Below are positions 21,590-34,900 of a stretch of DNA of 64,000 nucleotides, piece after piece. Both the position numbers and the translations under genes were made by a program. Position 1 is the first letter of the stretch; each line of letters opens with the position of its first letter. Source of the stretch: Macrostomum hystrix. Taxonomy: Eukaryota > Animalia > Platyhelminthes. Under the pieces are notes generated by a model, which was not told the origin of the DNA, did no database searches, and saw only the letters and a list, made by a program, of their open reading frames with translations. The DNA is taken from positions 25,668,001-25,732,000 of the forward strand of contig CATNEN010000001.1 of NCBI GenBank assembly GCA_950097015.1, read 5' to 3'.

Positions 21590-22992
21590 TCTCAGCTCCT
21601 TGAATGAAATCCGACAACCTTCAATTGGTCTAAATTGTTGGAAAAATAAACAGTTAAGGCGGTCACGTAGATCTCTATTTGCTGCTGTATTAATTCTTTC
21701 TAGCTTTTGCTAGCGAAGCTTGGCAACATATGGTCGCATATTTTCACCCAGTACCTAGAAAATGGAGTGAGAACTTGATTCAACCCTTGAGCGATCGACT
21801 CTTCCTTACTCTGACCTCCAGTGCAGGAGGAAGAAGTAGAAATTTTGTCCTGTTTTTCTGTCCAAATGGGAGCAGTAGCTTGGCGGGAGTGAATACACAA
21901 ATGAGTGAATATATTGGTCGCCCCCTGCAATGGTAGACAACCAAGGCTCAACAAACAGGTCTGGGAAATAAGCTATTTTCACTTAATCATTGGTGATAAG
22001 ACCCGCATTTAGCGAGTCGTACTCCGATCAGAGCATACCTTACTCAACTGAGTGGGAGAAATGAACAAATGAGTCCAAAGCATAAGAGGGCACTGAAAGT
22101 TAACTGTAGAAAAGCCAAGGCCCAGATCTGCCTTCCACAACTCAACCAGCGGGCTGGCTTCCTGAGTACATTGGCGCAGGATCGCGTGCGGTTGGCTGCC
22201 GAGGGCGGTGGACAGACTGAACTGCCTACCCCGATGGAGCATACCAGATATACGATCTATGTCGATATGGCGAGATAAAATTCGTCACTTTGAATATGTA
22301 GCAAAACTGAACAAACTGATGTCTGTCAGTCTGTCAGTCAGTCTGTCTGTCCTGTCTGTTTGCCTGTATTTCTGTCTGTCTGGGTGTCTGTTCTGAGTGT
22401 CTGTCTGTCTTTTCTCACATGGATTAAATGATGGAATAATTTATTTAGACTAAAATTTTTGTGGAGATGAAAGAAGTTGGATATAAAAATGTGTTGTGAC
22501 AAATTTAAGCTTCATCTAACGAAAGAAAACGAGTTATTTTCAAAACCAACAGTTTATTTTTATGTTGCTCATCACATGAAATAATTTTCAGCCAACAAAA
22601 TCGCGTCTTTTTTAGCGAACCAGGGACTTCAAATATCATGCCTACGCTTAAACGACAGAAAAAGTTGATTGATGGACAGCTGTGCTCATTCTAGCATCAT
22701 TGGAGCTCTTCATGAATGCTCTTTAAGGTGGAAAAATGCGTGACTTTGGAAATGCTGGAACCACTTTTTTTGCTTCGATAGCAACAACATTGTGAAGTGC
22801 CTCTCTGACAGCGGAGGCTGCGAAGTGATCCTGTTCTCCGGAGTAAACACTTGAGGCTGATTGTCTTCGAGTTTGAAGACACAGCAGAAAAAACGTTCGT
22901 CCACGACACCATATAAAACCTGCTAGTCACGCATGACACAATATTGAAACATTCACTCCATGAAAACCCAATCCATTGTTTTGACAACCAAA

Positions 22993-25900
22993 ATGAATTC
23001 TAGAAAGGGACTCGAGCATCAATGGTTGCTGCTGCTGCTGTTGCAGACCCAGTTTCTGGTGTCTTATTGTGGTGAAGCTGTACCTTCCATTGGTAAGACT
23101 CTGCTTACAGGTGTTAATTTGGCGGGGCCGGTGGCAGAGCGGTTAACGCGGTCGCCTCTCAAACCACGCTCCTTAAGTTCGATTCCGCGGCGAGGCCACA
23201 TTCATTTGGGGCGCAGCCGCGGAGAGAAGGCTTGGGGGCTTGTCGTGCGATTTACGACCTTGAGGGCCAACCTGCAAGGCACAGTGAGAGTGTACACTGT
23301 CTGACGATAAGAAAGTCAGGGCAGATGTACCACCTGTGTGAGCGTGTACCTACGTACGTTTATATGTGTGCGTGTGTGCTCAGGAGTCAACGAAATGGGC
23401 AGAATTGCCTCCTCGCTGGCTGCGGGTCTAGTGTCACCAAATGATGTGCCATTGCCCGCAGCCCTTCTGCAATTATTACTATTATTATTATACAAGTGTT
23501 TTACTTTAAAATGCCACAAGCGAAATATTATCTATCATCTTTGGAGTGAGTGGCTTACCGGTAACGCGTCCGACTCGCACACCAGGGGCCCTGAGTTCGA
23601 ATCCTTTGTTTGCTCTGGGATCAGCGGATTGGGCCGAATTTCAAGTTCACCGCCTGTAGGTGGACTATTGCCTAGTTACCGAAATATGCAATGTCTTAAT
23701 CTATTGCCAGGAAGCTCTCAATTCAAACGGCTGGCTCAGACGCCCATAGGCTTCGGCAGCAACTTACCAGCCTCTGTATTGCTATGGCAACCTACATCAC
23801 CAAGCGACGACCTGCTCCCTCTGCCACTGGGCAGCGCGTCACGTGCCAGAGTGGTCGCCGGTACCGACATGACTGTCCGCTTCTTCCTGCCTCTGCGCTT
23901 CAACCTGACAGGTGTGCTGCTCCGGGCATTCTCGGCCTCTTCATCGCAGTCGTACTTCTCCGTCGCTGCATTTCCAGGAAGCAGCGTCATTGAAGACTCT
24001 CCAACTAATCTGGTACAGTTACAGCTCGCGCTTTCATAAAAAACGAAACTATTTTATTAAATTTAATAATAAGCAATATACATAAAATAAAATTCAGCTA
24101 ACGTACAGACCAGTGTACTCAACAGACGGTTGGGCCCAGGTTCTGTTTTCGGGCCCTCTGAACGCCCAGCTACTGCAGTTGAAGCTTGGAAGGTCCTCCA
24201 ACGATCGAGAGCTGCACCTGGATCTCATTGGCCACCCTGATCCAGCAGGTGAGTCAGCTGCTCAATAGACTCTCATGAGTTGTAGGTGCCGTGCTCGAAC
24301 CTCCTGCTGTTTAATTTAAGCCTGTGACGTCATACCGAGCGTCCGCTACACTGTGATCATGCAGCGCGAGTCTGCTCAAAGCCTGCTTGTCTTGAGCTTT
24401 GCTGACAACAGTGCCTTCCATGTCACGTCATTTTCACTGAAGGGACTTAGCGCTGACATGAGCTTCTGGCTGTCCTTTGCCACTGAAGTAGGCAAGTTCA
24501 GAAACTTGAGTGTGCCGCAGCACGTGCAAAACAGCAGCATCTCTGGTTTGGACCCGTTCCAGGTAACTCTGAAGCCGCGTATAAAATTAGATTATTTTTC
24601 TCTGGTTTGTTTCTTGACACTAAGGAAACGTCTTTCTGAAAAATTTTCTTTAAGTTCGTGAGGACTTTCGATGAAGAAACTTTCATAATGCCTCTGCTGG
24701 TAACTGCGCGCCAGCTGCGATTTCACCTGAGTCCGGACTCAGCCGTCGCAAAAATCGACGCCATTCGGGGGTGCGAGCTCAGAGGTGAGATGAGTTGTCA
24801 CTTGTCGCTGCGGCGAGTGCAGCGCACGAAAAAATATCGCATTTAACAGTAGGGGGTAAATTAACGGGGGAATATCAAATACCATTTTTTCCTTGTTCTG
24901 TATCTCTTAAAGTACTCAAACAATCGCCATGAAAACCCAGAACACGGACTAAACTTTTCCGACGAGAAAACTTCCTGAATCGCAAAATACGAATCTGCGT
25001 CGTCGAGATATTGAACAATTCTTATCTGGGTGTCTGGTGGCAAAAAGAACAAATTTTGGCAAAAATTTTCCTTTCACACAATATTTCATCATACGAGCGT
25101 ATAACCAGGTCATTGTTGAAGTGTTAATTTTCACATTTTTGAACCAATATGGATTCGCCTTTAATGTTTGTGCAGAGCAAAGTTAGTTGTCCTTGTTAGT
25201 TGAATAAAGTTAGTTGAATAAAAGCAATTCAACGAACGAGGACACGCGAGTTGTCTTATTAGTGAGGGGCTAAAACTAAGAAAAAACCAAAATAAAAATA
25301 AGACAGACAGCGGACAGACAAAGCCGGCCCCCAGCACGGGACTAAAAAGGCCCACACGCGGGTCAAACCTCGACCAAAGGCGCAACCAGCCACAGCCAAA
25401 ACGCGAACTCACGGCATAGGGGCAGTCGTGAAAGGAGCATAAACTAGCTAAGCTCAGTTCGCATCTTTCTTGTTTCATTCAGACTGTCCTGTCGGCTGGA
25501 TCGAGCATTTAAGCTCCTGCGTTTCCATCCAGCACGCTCGATACTCCTGGGATCAAGCGAGAGACTTCTGCCGCAGCATCAGCTGGAATGGAGTCAACTC
25601 GAGCCTCTTCGCTGCCAAATCTGCATTCGACAGAAACATTTTACAACTCGGGTGAGCTCTCAGCTAGTTCAGCTAATTCAGGGGTCGGCAATGAAACTTA
25701 TTAGCTAGCGGGCCAAAGAGAGAACCTAAAAGACGACAACGGGCCGCATTGACTGTAGAAATATGAGATAGATGAGAGATGAGACAGATAAGAGATGACA
25801 GGGGGAGATGAGACGCAGGAGAGATGGGACGCAAGAGAGATGAGACACGGGAGAAATGAGACACGGGAGAGATGAGACACGGGAGAGATGAGACACGGAA

Positions 25901-28900
25901 GAGATGAGACACGGGAGAGATGAGACACGGGAGAGGTGAGACACGGGAGAGATGAGACACGGGAGAGATGAGACACGGGAGAGATGAGACACGGGAGAGA
26001 TGAGACACGGGAGAGATGAGACACGGGAGAGGTGAGACAGGGAAGAGATGAGACACGGGAGAGATGAGACACGGGAGAGGTGAGACACGGGAGAGATGAG
26101 ACACGGGAGAGATGAGACACGGGAGAGATGAGATACGGGAGAGATGAGACACGGGAGAGATGAGACACGGGAGAGATGAGACACGGGAGAGGTGAGACAG
26201 GGGAGAGATGAGACACGGGAGAATTGAGACACGGGAGAGATGAGACACGGGAGAGATGAGACACGGGAGAGATGAGACACGGGAGAGATGAGACACGGGA
26301 GAGATGAGACTCGGGAGAGATGAGACACGGGAGAGATGAAACAGGATACTGTGGGTGTCGGAACCGGCAGCGGGTCGGATTTGGCCCGCGGTCCCGAGTT
26401 TACCGAACCCAGAGGTAACTAAATGGCCCCGCAAAATGCACTTTTATTTGCCCTCCAGGTCCTTCCCAACCTCCGAAACCCAGCCGTTATTCGTCGGTTC
26501 TGTCAGAGACCCGGCCACTCAGAAGTGGCGCTGGACGGATGGGTCGGTCGTTGAGACGGGCTCATTCTTCATGGGTCGGCCATCCTCCCAGTGCACGGCA
26601 CTTAGCCCTCGCTTTGCTGCTCTGGTCGAGGTCAGCTGCACCGCGAAGCTTGAGTTCGTGTGCCAGCTGCCGAAGTATGTCTCGCCACACCGAAGCTCTC
26701 AGTCGGTGCTCATCACCACCCCGACCGCAGCTCAGGCGTCGGCAGATAAAACAGCCATTTTGGGCACCGGCTTCGAAGCCCTTGACGAAGCTGCTCGACT
26801 ACTATTCATAGACTCATTTGCTGCTTCCGCTGCGGCACTCGAGCTGGGACCAGCTCTGAAGGTGGCGGCAGTCGCTGGGACTGAAACCGCGCCAACAGCC
26901 ACAGCCGACGCTGTACAATACCGAGCTGTTCGCATCAGTCGTGGTTAGTTGATTTTGCATTCGAACAGTCAAAAATGAATTACTAGCCATTCAAGAAATT
27001 CCATTCTAATACGTGCCCTCCCAACACATGTTAAGGTTGCCATGAGCCTCTTCTATCAGCAGCGAACATTGAGTCCACTGGCGAGTTGCCCCTGCGCCCA
27101 GCGCACCGCGCAGTTCTGGGTGCCGCTCAGGCCTACGAAGGTGCGGAACAGTTTTGGTAGTCATTTTTAATGACTAAACACAACGCAAGTTTCACCTCGT
27201 TACAGACCATACAAAGTGTCAGATGGGCTACCAGGACTTTGGTTACTATGACTACGGCTTGTCAATGACTCAGTTAAATGGCGCTGCGTGCACTGCTTGG
27301 ACTGCGGGAGACCTGACCGGCTTCGGCAAGTCCTGTCTGTCAACTGCCAAGGCTAGTCTGACATGCAACAACTTCACGGGTCCGGTGCCATGTGTCACAT
27401 CTGAGTTACTCTGTGGTGAGACGCTCGTATTCAAATCGATCAAAAAAGAATTATTCTAAACTGTATAGCAACACAAACCCCCAGCTGACTACCATCAGCC
27501 ACTGGCGGACTTCAGTCCTGACAACGCTGGTCAAAGCGGATACGAAAAAGACTTCTATTTAAATGAAGTTCGGATCCCAGCAACGCATTCGCAGCAGGAG
27601 ACTACTCTGGGTGACGAGGCTGACGTCCCAGAGAGCGGTGATTATTGGCGTCGGGTCGTTGACCTAAAGGCAGAATACGAAGTCGTCGGGTTTAAGGCTT
27701 TGGCTGGTAAGTTAATACAAAAAAAAATTATAGTGCCAAAAGGGTTCTGCAAATTTGTTTCAGAGGGTTTAAGTTCTAAGCACCCCTTCGTGATGTTAAA
27801 ACATTCATCAAGGACAAACCTATCTTGGGTGCTTCAACGACCAAGGAGTTCGAGACCTTGGTTTGTGGCGGCTTGCCTCCGGCACAACTGTCAGCGTGTG
27901 TGCGAGGGCTTGCGCGGATTATCAGTACTTTGGTACTCAGTGGTTCAGCCACTGCTTCTGTGGCAACTCATATGGTCGCTATGGTCAGGTAGCTGACTCC
28001 CAGTGCAACGACCGTTGCTATGCAAATCCAAAGGACATGTGTGGCTCCTGGTTTAAGAGCAACGTTTACACAACTGGACTATCAAGTACGGTTGAAAAAA
28101 TTAACTTATTGACCAATTTTTAACGCCTCTTACGGGTTTGAATGGCAGGGTGGTTAACGCGTCCTCCTCGCATCTCGCACCAGGCTCTCTAAACTCGATT
28201 CCGCGGCGAGGCCACGTTAATTTCGGGTGCAGCCGCGGAGAAAGGGCTTAGAGAACTTGTTGTGCAGATTTTTGGGCACATTACACACATGTGTGAGCGT
28301 GTGTCTGCGTACGTAATCCATGTGCTGCAGTTCATGAGTCAGCGGAATGGGCAGAATCGCCTCCTCGCCGTTCTTCTGGAGAAGTTCCAAGTTGTGCTGC
28401 ATAGAAATAACACAAAAAACAATAAACAATACAAATTATGTTCATGATGTTTCAACTTGTTAACAACTTAACAATGAATACTAGTGCGACCGTTGAGTGT
28501 CAACAACCTGACGGTGAAGGTCGGCAGCAGCTGGAATCCTGCACTGAAGGACGCGGCATTCGACAACTGGACAGACTGCGCCACATTCAGCTGTCCGGAG
28601 GCCACCTCCGATCCACTTTTGCAGCTGCTCTGCCGCGGACGCCCGGTCGGAAGGTTCGTGGCCTTTCTTCAGGGCGTATCGGCAGGTCGCCATGGCTGGC
28701 GTCGCCTGAGGCTCATTGGCAACGAAGGTGGGACTTTGTCTCCTCGAAGCAGTTGCATAATAGCCTTTTATTGAGTCTCATAGAAATTTTAACATGAAAA
28801 ATACTTCTTCAGAAATTTATCTGATCAAGATTATGAGTGTTGATATCGTGTTTTACAAGTCGTCTATTCAACCCACAGTGAAACTCACGGACCAGCAGCC

Positions 28901-31900
28901 GCTGCCCCTATTTCTCAAACGCTTTCCGGAACCAATCCAACGGAAAGCTGTGCTAGAAAGTCGAGTCCAGTTCATGGCCAGACTCAGAAGCAGCCGCCTT
29001 TTGGTGTACTTGACTGCTCACAATGAGCAGAGTGACATTATTTTGAACGTGAGTTCAATTGCTCATAAGATTTAGCTTCGCAGAGTGACTAAGTAGTTGC
29101 TTTCTTGTCTTCCCAACAATCGTTCAGGAACGATACGAACTTCTGATATCAGCAAATGGAACTCACATCTCGCTGACGCATCACTCAGTGCAATCAGGAC
29201 CAGTCACCCTGACTCCAGAAGCTCCTGGCAGTTTGGCTCTGAAAGCTTTGAGCGTTGAGTCAATCAGCTGCGATACAAATGAGTTTCAGGCAATGAGCAT
29301 TGCGTGGACTAATTCCGCGTCCGACCCAACCGAAATTTCGCTGTTTGGATGTGGCCTTCGCGTGGCAGCTGTCAGGGATCCTGTTGTCAGGGCGTGGCAA
29401 ATATCCAAGGCTGCCTATGCTTGTGGCAATGACACTGAGTGCCCTCACCTGATGTTTGACATGAATAGTGAGCGCGTTTTCAAATTATTTACATTTTTTG
29501 AGCAGATTCATTGAAAATAATATAAGGGAAAGCTTTTAAAAATGGCGCAGATGATCGGTACATGGGCTTCTGGACTGCACCAGGCTGGTTCAGCAAAGAC
29601 TTTATCGAGGTGAAGTTTTTCTCAGAATTTTTTCAAGTCGATTCTTGTAAAGTTTCATCTTTTCCGACACGAAACTACTAGCTCGCAGAAGCTTGTGTAC
29701 CTAAAGAAACTTTTCCGCTACTTTCGCAGGCTGTTTTTCAGGCCACAGTGACAGTGTTCTTCGTCTCCATGCAGGGTGGCACTGACAGAACTGCCATCCT
29801 GGAGGAAACATCAGCCTGGGTTGTCGACGCAGCTCTGCACTACTCAACCGACGGCAGGGGCTTCGTGAAACACCCGACTGTGAGTTGAGTCTGTTCTCCT
29901 CCTCTTGAAGCACAAACAATACTTAACTACAATACTTAGCGTAAATGAAACATTCAGACAATCGCAGGACCTAGGGCGCCACAGTATGTGAGCTCCCAGG
30001 AGCTGGTTCCAGAAGTGAGCGGTCGCAACTTCCGTCTCTACGTGGGCAGCTACAAAAAAAGACCCGAGCTGCGGTGGATGCTCTACGGTTGCCTAGACGG
30101 TGAGACACATTTCGCAGGTGACTCCTAATTGGGCCGCCTTATTTAACGACCCAATTTTGAATTCTCCACCAGGCCTGAACCCGCCGTATCGGCCTCAGGC
30201 AGTACCGATTCACCTAGGTCAGTTGGTGGTGTCTTCTGATTCTAGGGCTGACTCTCGATCGACTGTGGATGGCAACAGAGGCTCGAGTGGCGGGTTCTGG
30301 GTGAGCTCGATCCAAGCAGGCTCGCCCACCTATGTCGGTGTTCTGTTCAGCTCTAGACGCTTCATCAGCTATCTCATCGTCTGGTGTATCAGCAGTGTCA
30401 CAGCCAGGAGTCCCAGTGTGTAGTTTTCCTTGAGCTGAAGCAAACTGTCTGCTTATTTCTGTCGCCAGGATTGTACTTCAGGAGGGAAATTTTGTATTTC
30501 AGATGACCGCCTACTGTTTCCAGCGGCGGTGACGGGTCTGTTTGTCTCCAACTCGAGTACCTATTCTGATGGAAGGCAAGTCGCTGCCAAGTGGAAGTCG
30601 ATCATTCCTTATCCATGGCGGGCCAGTGTAAATGAGGTATGCCAGCATTTTTTACATGTCTTTGCTGTTTTCAATCCCAGTTGGCATTCCACTGTGATCC
30701 TTAGGCTGCGCTGTTTGCTGGTATCGTGGCCCAGTGGAACTCAACAGCCTCATTGATGTTCCTGCGCGTCTTTGAGATAGAAATATACGGAAATCCATCA
30801 GGTAGAGATATAATTCTACAGCTGTAGAGCAAACTAATGTACCATGAATGCCTGCTTGCAACTGCAATTCCACTCATTCAGAGCTCGATCAAGACAAGGC
30901 ACACGGAAACTTTGATGTGTCTATCGGCATCGGAAATCAGCTGCCAGTCACGTGCGCCTTTCACGATGACAGCATTGCCAGCAATGGCGACTACTCCGGC
31001 GACATCTACTCGCTTCCTATCGACTTCCCCGGCGATGGCAGCTTCCATCATGCACTCATACTCAAGACCTCAGGGATTTTCTATCTGCAACTGCCGCAGC
31101 TTTTCAGCATCACTGGGATAGTCGTCAGGGGCGGGATGCTGAGAGCCCCCAGCCTGTTCGGCTATGTTGCCAGCTTCAGGGTGAAGTACACAAACACCAC
31201 TGCGATATCTGATCTGAAATCTCTCAGCGACCCACAGGGCGGATCAGAAGTGAGAAGCGACATCTTTTTTCGTTAGAGAATGCGATAGTTATTTTCAATC
31301 CGAACAAAATAGACTTCGAAAATGGACTTCGAATCCTAAAAAGGATCTGCCACTCCCGACACAGCTGCTCATTGCAGGCCCGGAAGACGAGGTTCAGCCA
31401 ATGAGAAGGATTCTTCCTAATCCCATCCGAGTGAAACTGATGTCAATACAGGCAGTGAAGATTGCTGAAACTCCAATGGTGAAATTGGATCTACTTGGAT
31501 ATCCTGATGATCCCGGTAACCATCAGAGATTTGCATAATTAACATGGACAGGCGAAAATGACAATTTAAAGTTATCTCTAATGATTTTTCAGCGTGTGAA
31601 AATCTCACTGAGCACAGGCATTACACCGTGTCGCCGAAAAACTCGTCTGTTCTGCACTTCGATTTTCTTTCCAATTATCACCTGAACTCCTTATTCGTTG
31701 AGGCTTCAACACCAGTCAGGTTCTTCATTGTTGGCGAGGTTGTAGCTGGCGAGGTGTTCACTGTGAACGTCAGCGGCATGCACTGGATTGTGAGACGTTT
31801 CTTCTGTTTTTTTCCACATTTCTTTCTAGTCTAACAAAGAGAAAACCCGAATTACCACAGTTTGAGAGTCAACGAACCCAGGAGAAGTTCGTGATGCCGC

Positions 31901-34900
31901 ACCTGTACCATTTCCGCTGGATGCAGCTGCAAGCAATCAACGGAAGCTGGCTTCCCAGTCGGGTCACATTGAGCGGAGTCCCGGTGTCCTGGTGTCCGGT
32001 GAATTTTGTGCCCAACGCTGGAATTTGCTTTCACCTCTCGAATGTGAAGGCCGTGTGGGATTCGGCACTCCGAATGTGCCAGACATTTCACTGGGGTGGC
32101 CAAAGAGGCTCGCTGCTCATGCCGAAGGACCAAACCATGCTCAACTTCCTTAACATCTGGTCAGTTCTGGACTACTAATTAACTGCCTAGGAAGAGTTTT
32201 ATAAATCCACAAACTTCCTTAACATCTGGTCAGTTCTGGACTACTAATTAACTGCCTAGGAAGACTTTTATAAATCCACAGAACTGTTTTGCAGGCCTCC
32301 ATCAACAGTGCTACACATCGGAGCCAGGAGAAATTCAACAACAGGTATTTGGGAATGGCTCGACGGGAATGCGATTCCATCGGGACACTGGAGATTCGGC
32401 CAAATTGCTCAACATGCCGCTGGCTGGGACACTGAGAACGGCGCCTTAGTCGGTATCAAGCCCTATGAGAAGCAAATGTTTATGTGCCAAGTTAACCAAG
32501 TACCATGTGAGTCGTGTGATTTATTAATTACGAGTTACTAAAGAAAAAATCAGAGAAAAAGGTATGAACATGTTTAGGGGGTGAGTGGCAGAGCGGTCTA
32601 ACACGCTTGCCTCTCGCACCAGGGTCCCTGAGCTCGATTCCGCGGCGAGGCCACATTCATTTGGGGCGCAGCCGCGGAGAGAAGGCTTGGGGGCTTGTCA
32701 TGCAATTTACGCACTTAAGGTCCGACCTCTAAGGCACAGTAAAAGTGCACACTACCTGACGATGAGAAATTCAGGGCAGATGTACACACCTGTGTGAGCG
32801 TATGTTTGGGTACAGTATCAGTGTGCGCGTGTGCTTAGGAGTCAGCGAAATGGGCAGAATTGCCTCCTGGCTGACAGGGGGTCTAGTGTTACCAAATGAT
32901 GTGCCATGACCTGCAGCCCTCCTGAAATTACAGTATTATGGGAATTTTTTGCTTCGGACTTCTTACTGACAGGTCCGGAGTTCGATTCTCGGCCAAAGGA
33001 AAAATAGCTTGACGATAAGTTAAGTTATCGATTCACCCAACAGTAGCGTCAGGTAGGATAGCACATTGGGTGATGGTGGCGACACCTAGTCCATGGATGG
33101 AACTGCAGCTGAACGCAGCATTTGGAAGCACCATGCAAATAACTGTGATTGTGCCACTGGCTGTACATTTGTCCCAACTGGGCCGGGTATAACTACTATC
33201 TATTTTCTCTCTACAGTGCTAACATGCAGCTTTTTATCGTGACAGATCTTGGAGTGCAGAAAGTGGCTCTGTTGTCGCACACGGCGATCAGCGACGACAA
33301 CATCGTGTCTGAGTCTGTTGGCGGAGCCACATCGCGGCAGCAGAAGCTTCGCCTGCTGATGGAGTCTCTTCGAGACGACGCATTGAGCCAGATTGCGAAT
33401 AGTGTTCTAAGCATAGGCTCAAACTTGTACGTCCGAACTGCAGCTCCTGACCTAGTGCCGTCGACATCAATTCAAGCAACGTACCGCCGTGTTCGATTTG
33501 CAGCGGCGCAAAATGGTTAGGGAAATACCTGGGGCTAGGAAAATATAGGAAATATGGGAAACTATAAACTGAAATCACACAGATTTGAATAATTGCGGTC
33601 TAATCCTTCTTGCGTCTCTCTTTATTATTGGTCTCTGACTGGTCTAGGGATTTGGAACCTGGTTAACTGAATTGATTGAACGCAAAAACAGGAGATATGT
33701 TCTTGTTATTATTCTCTTCAACAATGATGTCTTATTTTTTCAGTTTTTGTTTGTGTCAAAGAGTCGATTTAGAATGAAAATATCATATCATGCACAAGTA
33801 TTGCAAACCTCTTAAAAACTCCAGGATGCTGGCAGCCACTTTTGCGAGGCATTCGTGGAGTTCTGAGCACCGCCATTGTGATCTATCCATTTCACGCCTC
33901 CTACTTTATTCCTGAGTGGGCGGTTATTGGCAACGATGTCTCCATGCCGGGTAAGTTTAAAAACTTGATCGGGAGAACCTTTATCAAGGTAGGAGAAGAT
34001 GAGCAGATGATATCGCTGGTTTATTGCTTACAGAGAACTGCATCATCGGCATCAACGACGGGCAGAGCAAAGTTTACAGCCTGAATGCCACGGTCGCCGG
34101 AGCGGCCTGCATTCCATGGACTTCTGTCACAGGGGATGGATCCGTTGATTTCGGAAACCAGTGCATCAGTACCAGCAGTGAGAACTACTTCAAGCAATGA
34201 ACTCGTATTGCCATATCATTGCACTGAATATTTATCTCGTACACATAATTGCAGATCGCATGCCAAGCTGTCAAATATCGGGAACAACAGTTCGCGAATG
34301 TCTGTCAAGTGATTGCTGTATGTGAATAAATCCGAATCAGCCTTAAATGACTAGGAATTGCTGTGGCGCTCTGCTAAATTAACCATGCTAATTCCAGTGC
34401 ACCGCTATCAGCCGTGGGACTCAAAGTTCTACTCCCACAACCTGGCGATCGGTCGGCCTACCTATTTCAACGGCATCCAGCTGCCCACCTCCATCTTGGC
34501 CGATGGGTTCGTGAGCTTCACTGTCTCAAGCGGCTCTGGAATGTCGCTAGAGATGCATCACCTGCTGGTTGACCTGCAGCTACTGCACACTGTGTCCGGA
34601 GTGGAGGCCAGAGGAGGTGGGTTAGATGAGATGGGTTAAATTTCTCCCCACCAGACAATTTTTGCAGGGTCTGAGCGGTCAGGCTCAGCGGTATTCAAAT
34701 TGGTTAAACCTTACAATTAAAGGAATTAAGCCAGATGAAAATCAATGATTACGAAAATTATTAAAACAATTCGTTTCCTGGTGCCACCAGTTGAAGGTCG
34801 AGAAGCTCCGCCTAGGTGAAGTGCAGTAGACTCGGAAGGCAGACACATGAAGCGACAAGCTGTTAAATTTGAACACTAGGCAAAGCCATAATGAGGTGGC

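Noticed and set aside
24861-25052. F-box-like peptide LPPDTQIRIVQYLD (also near 21285)
   Set aside because: Lies in the arm of a dispersed palindromic repeat; the second copy stops immediately after the motif
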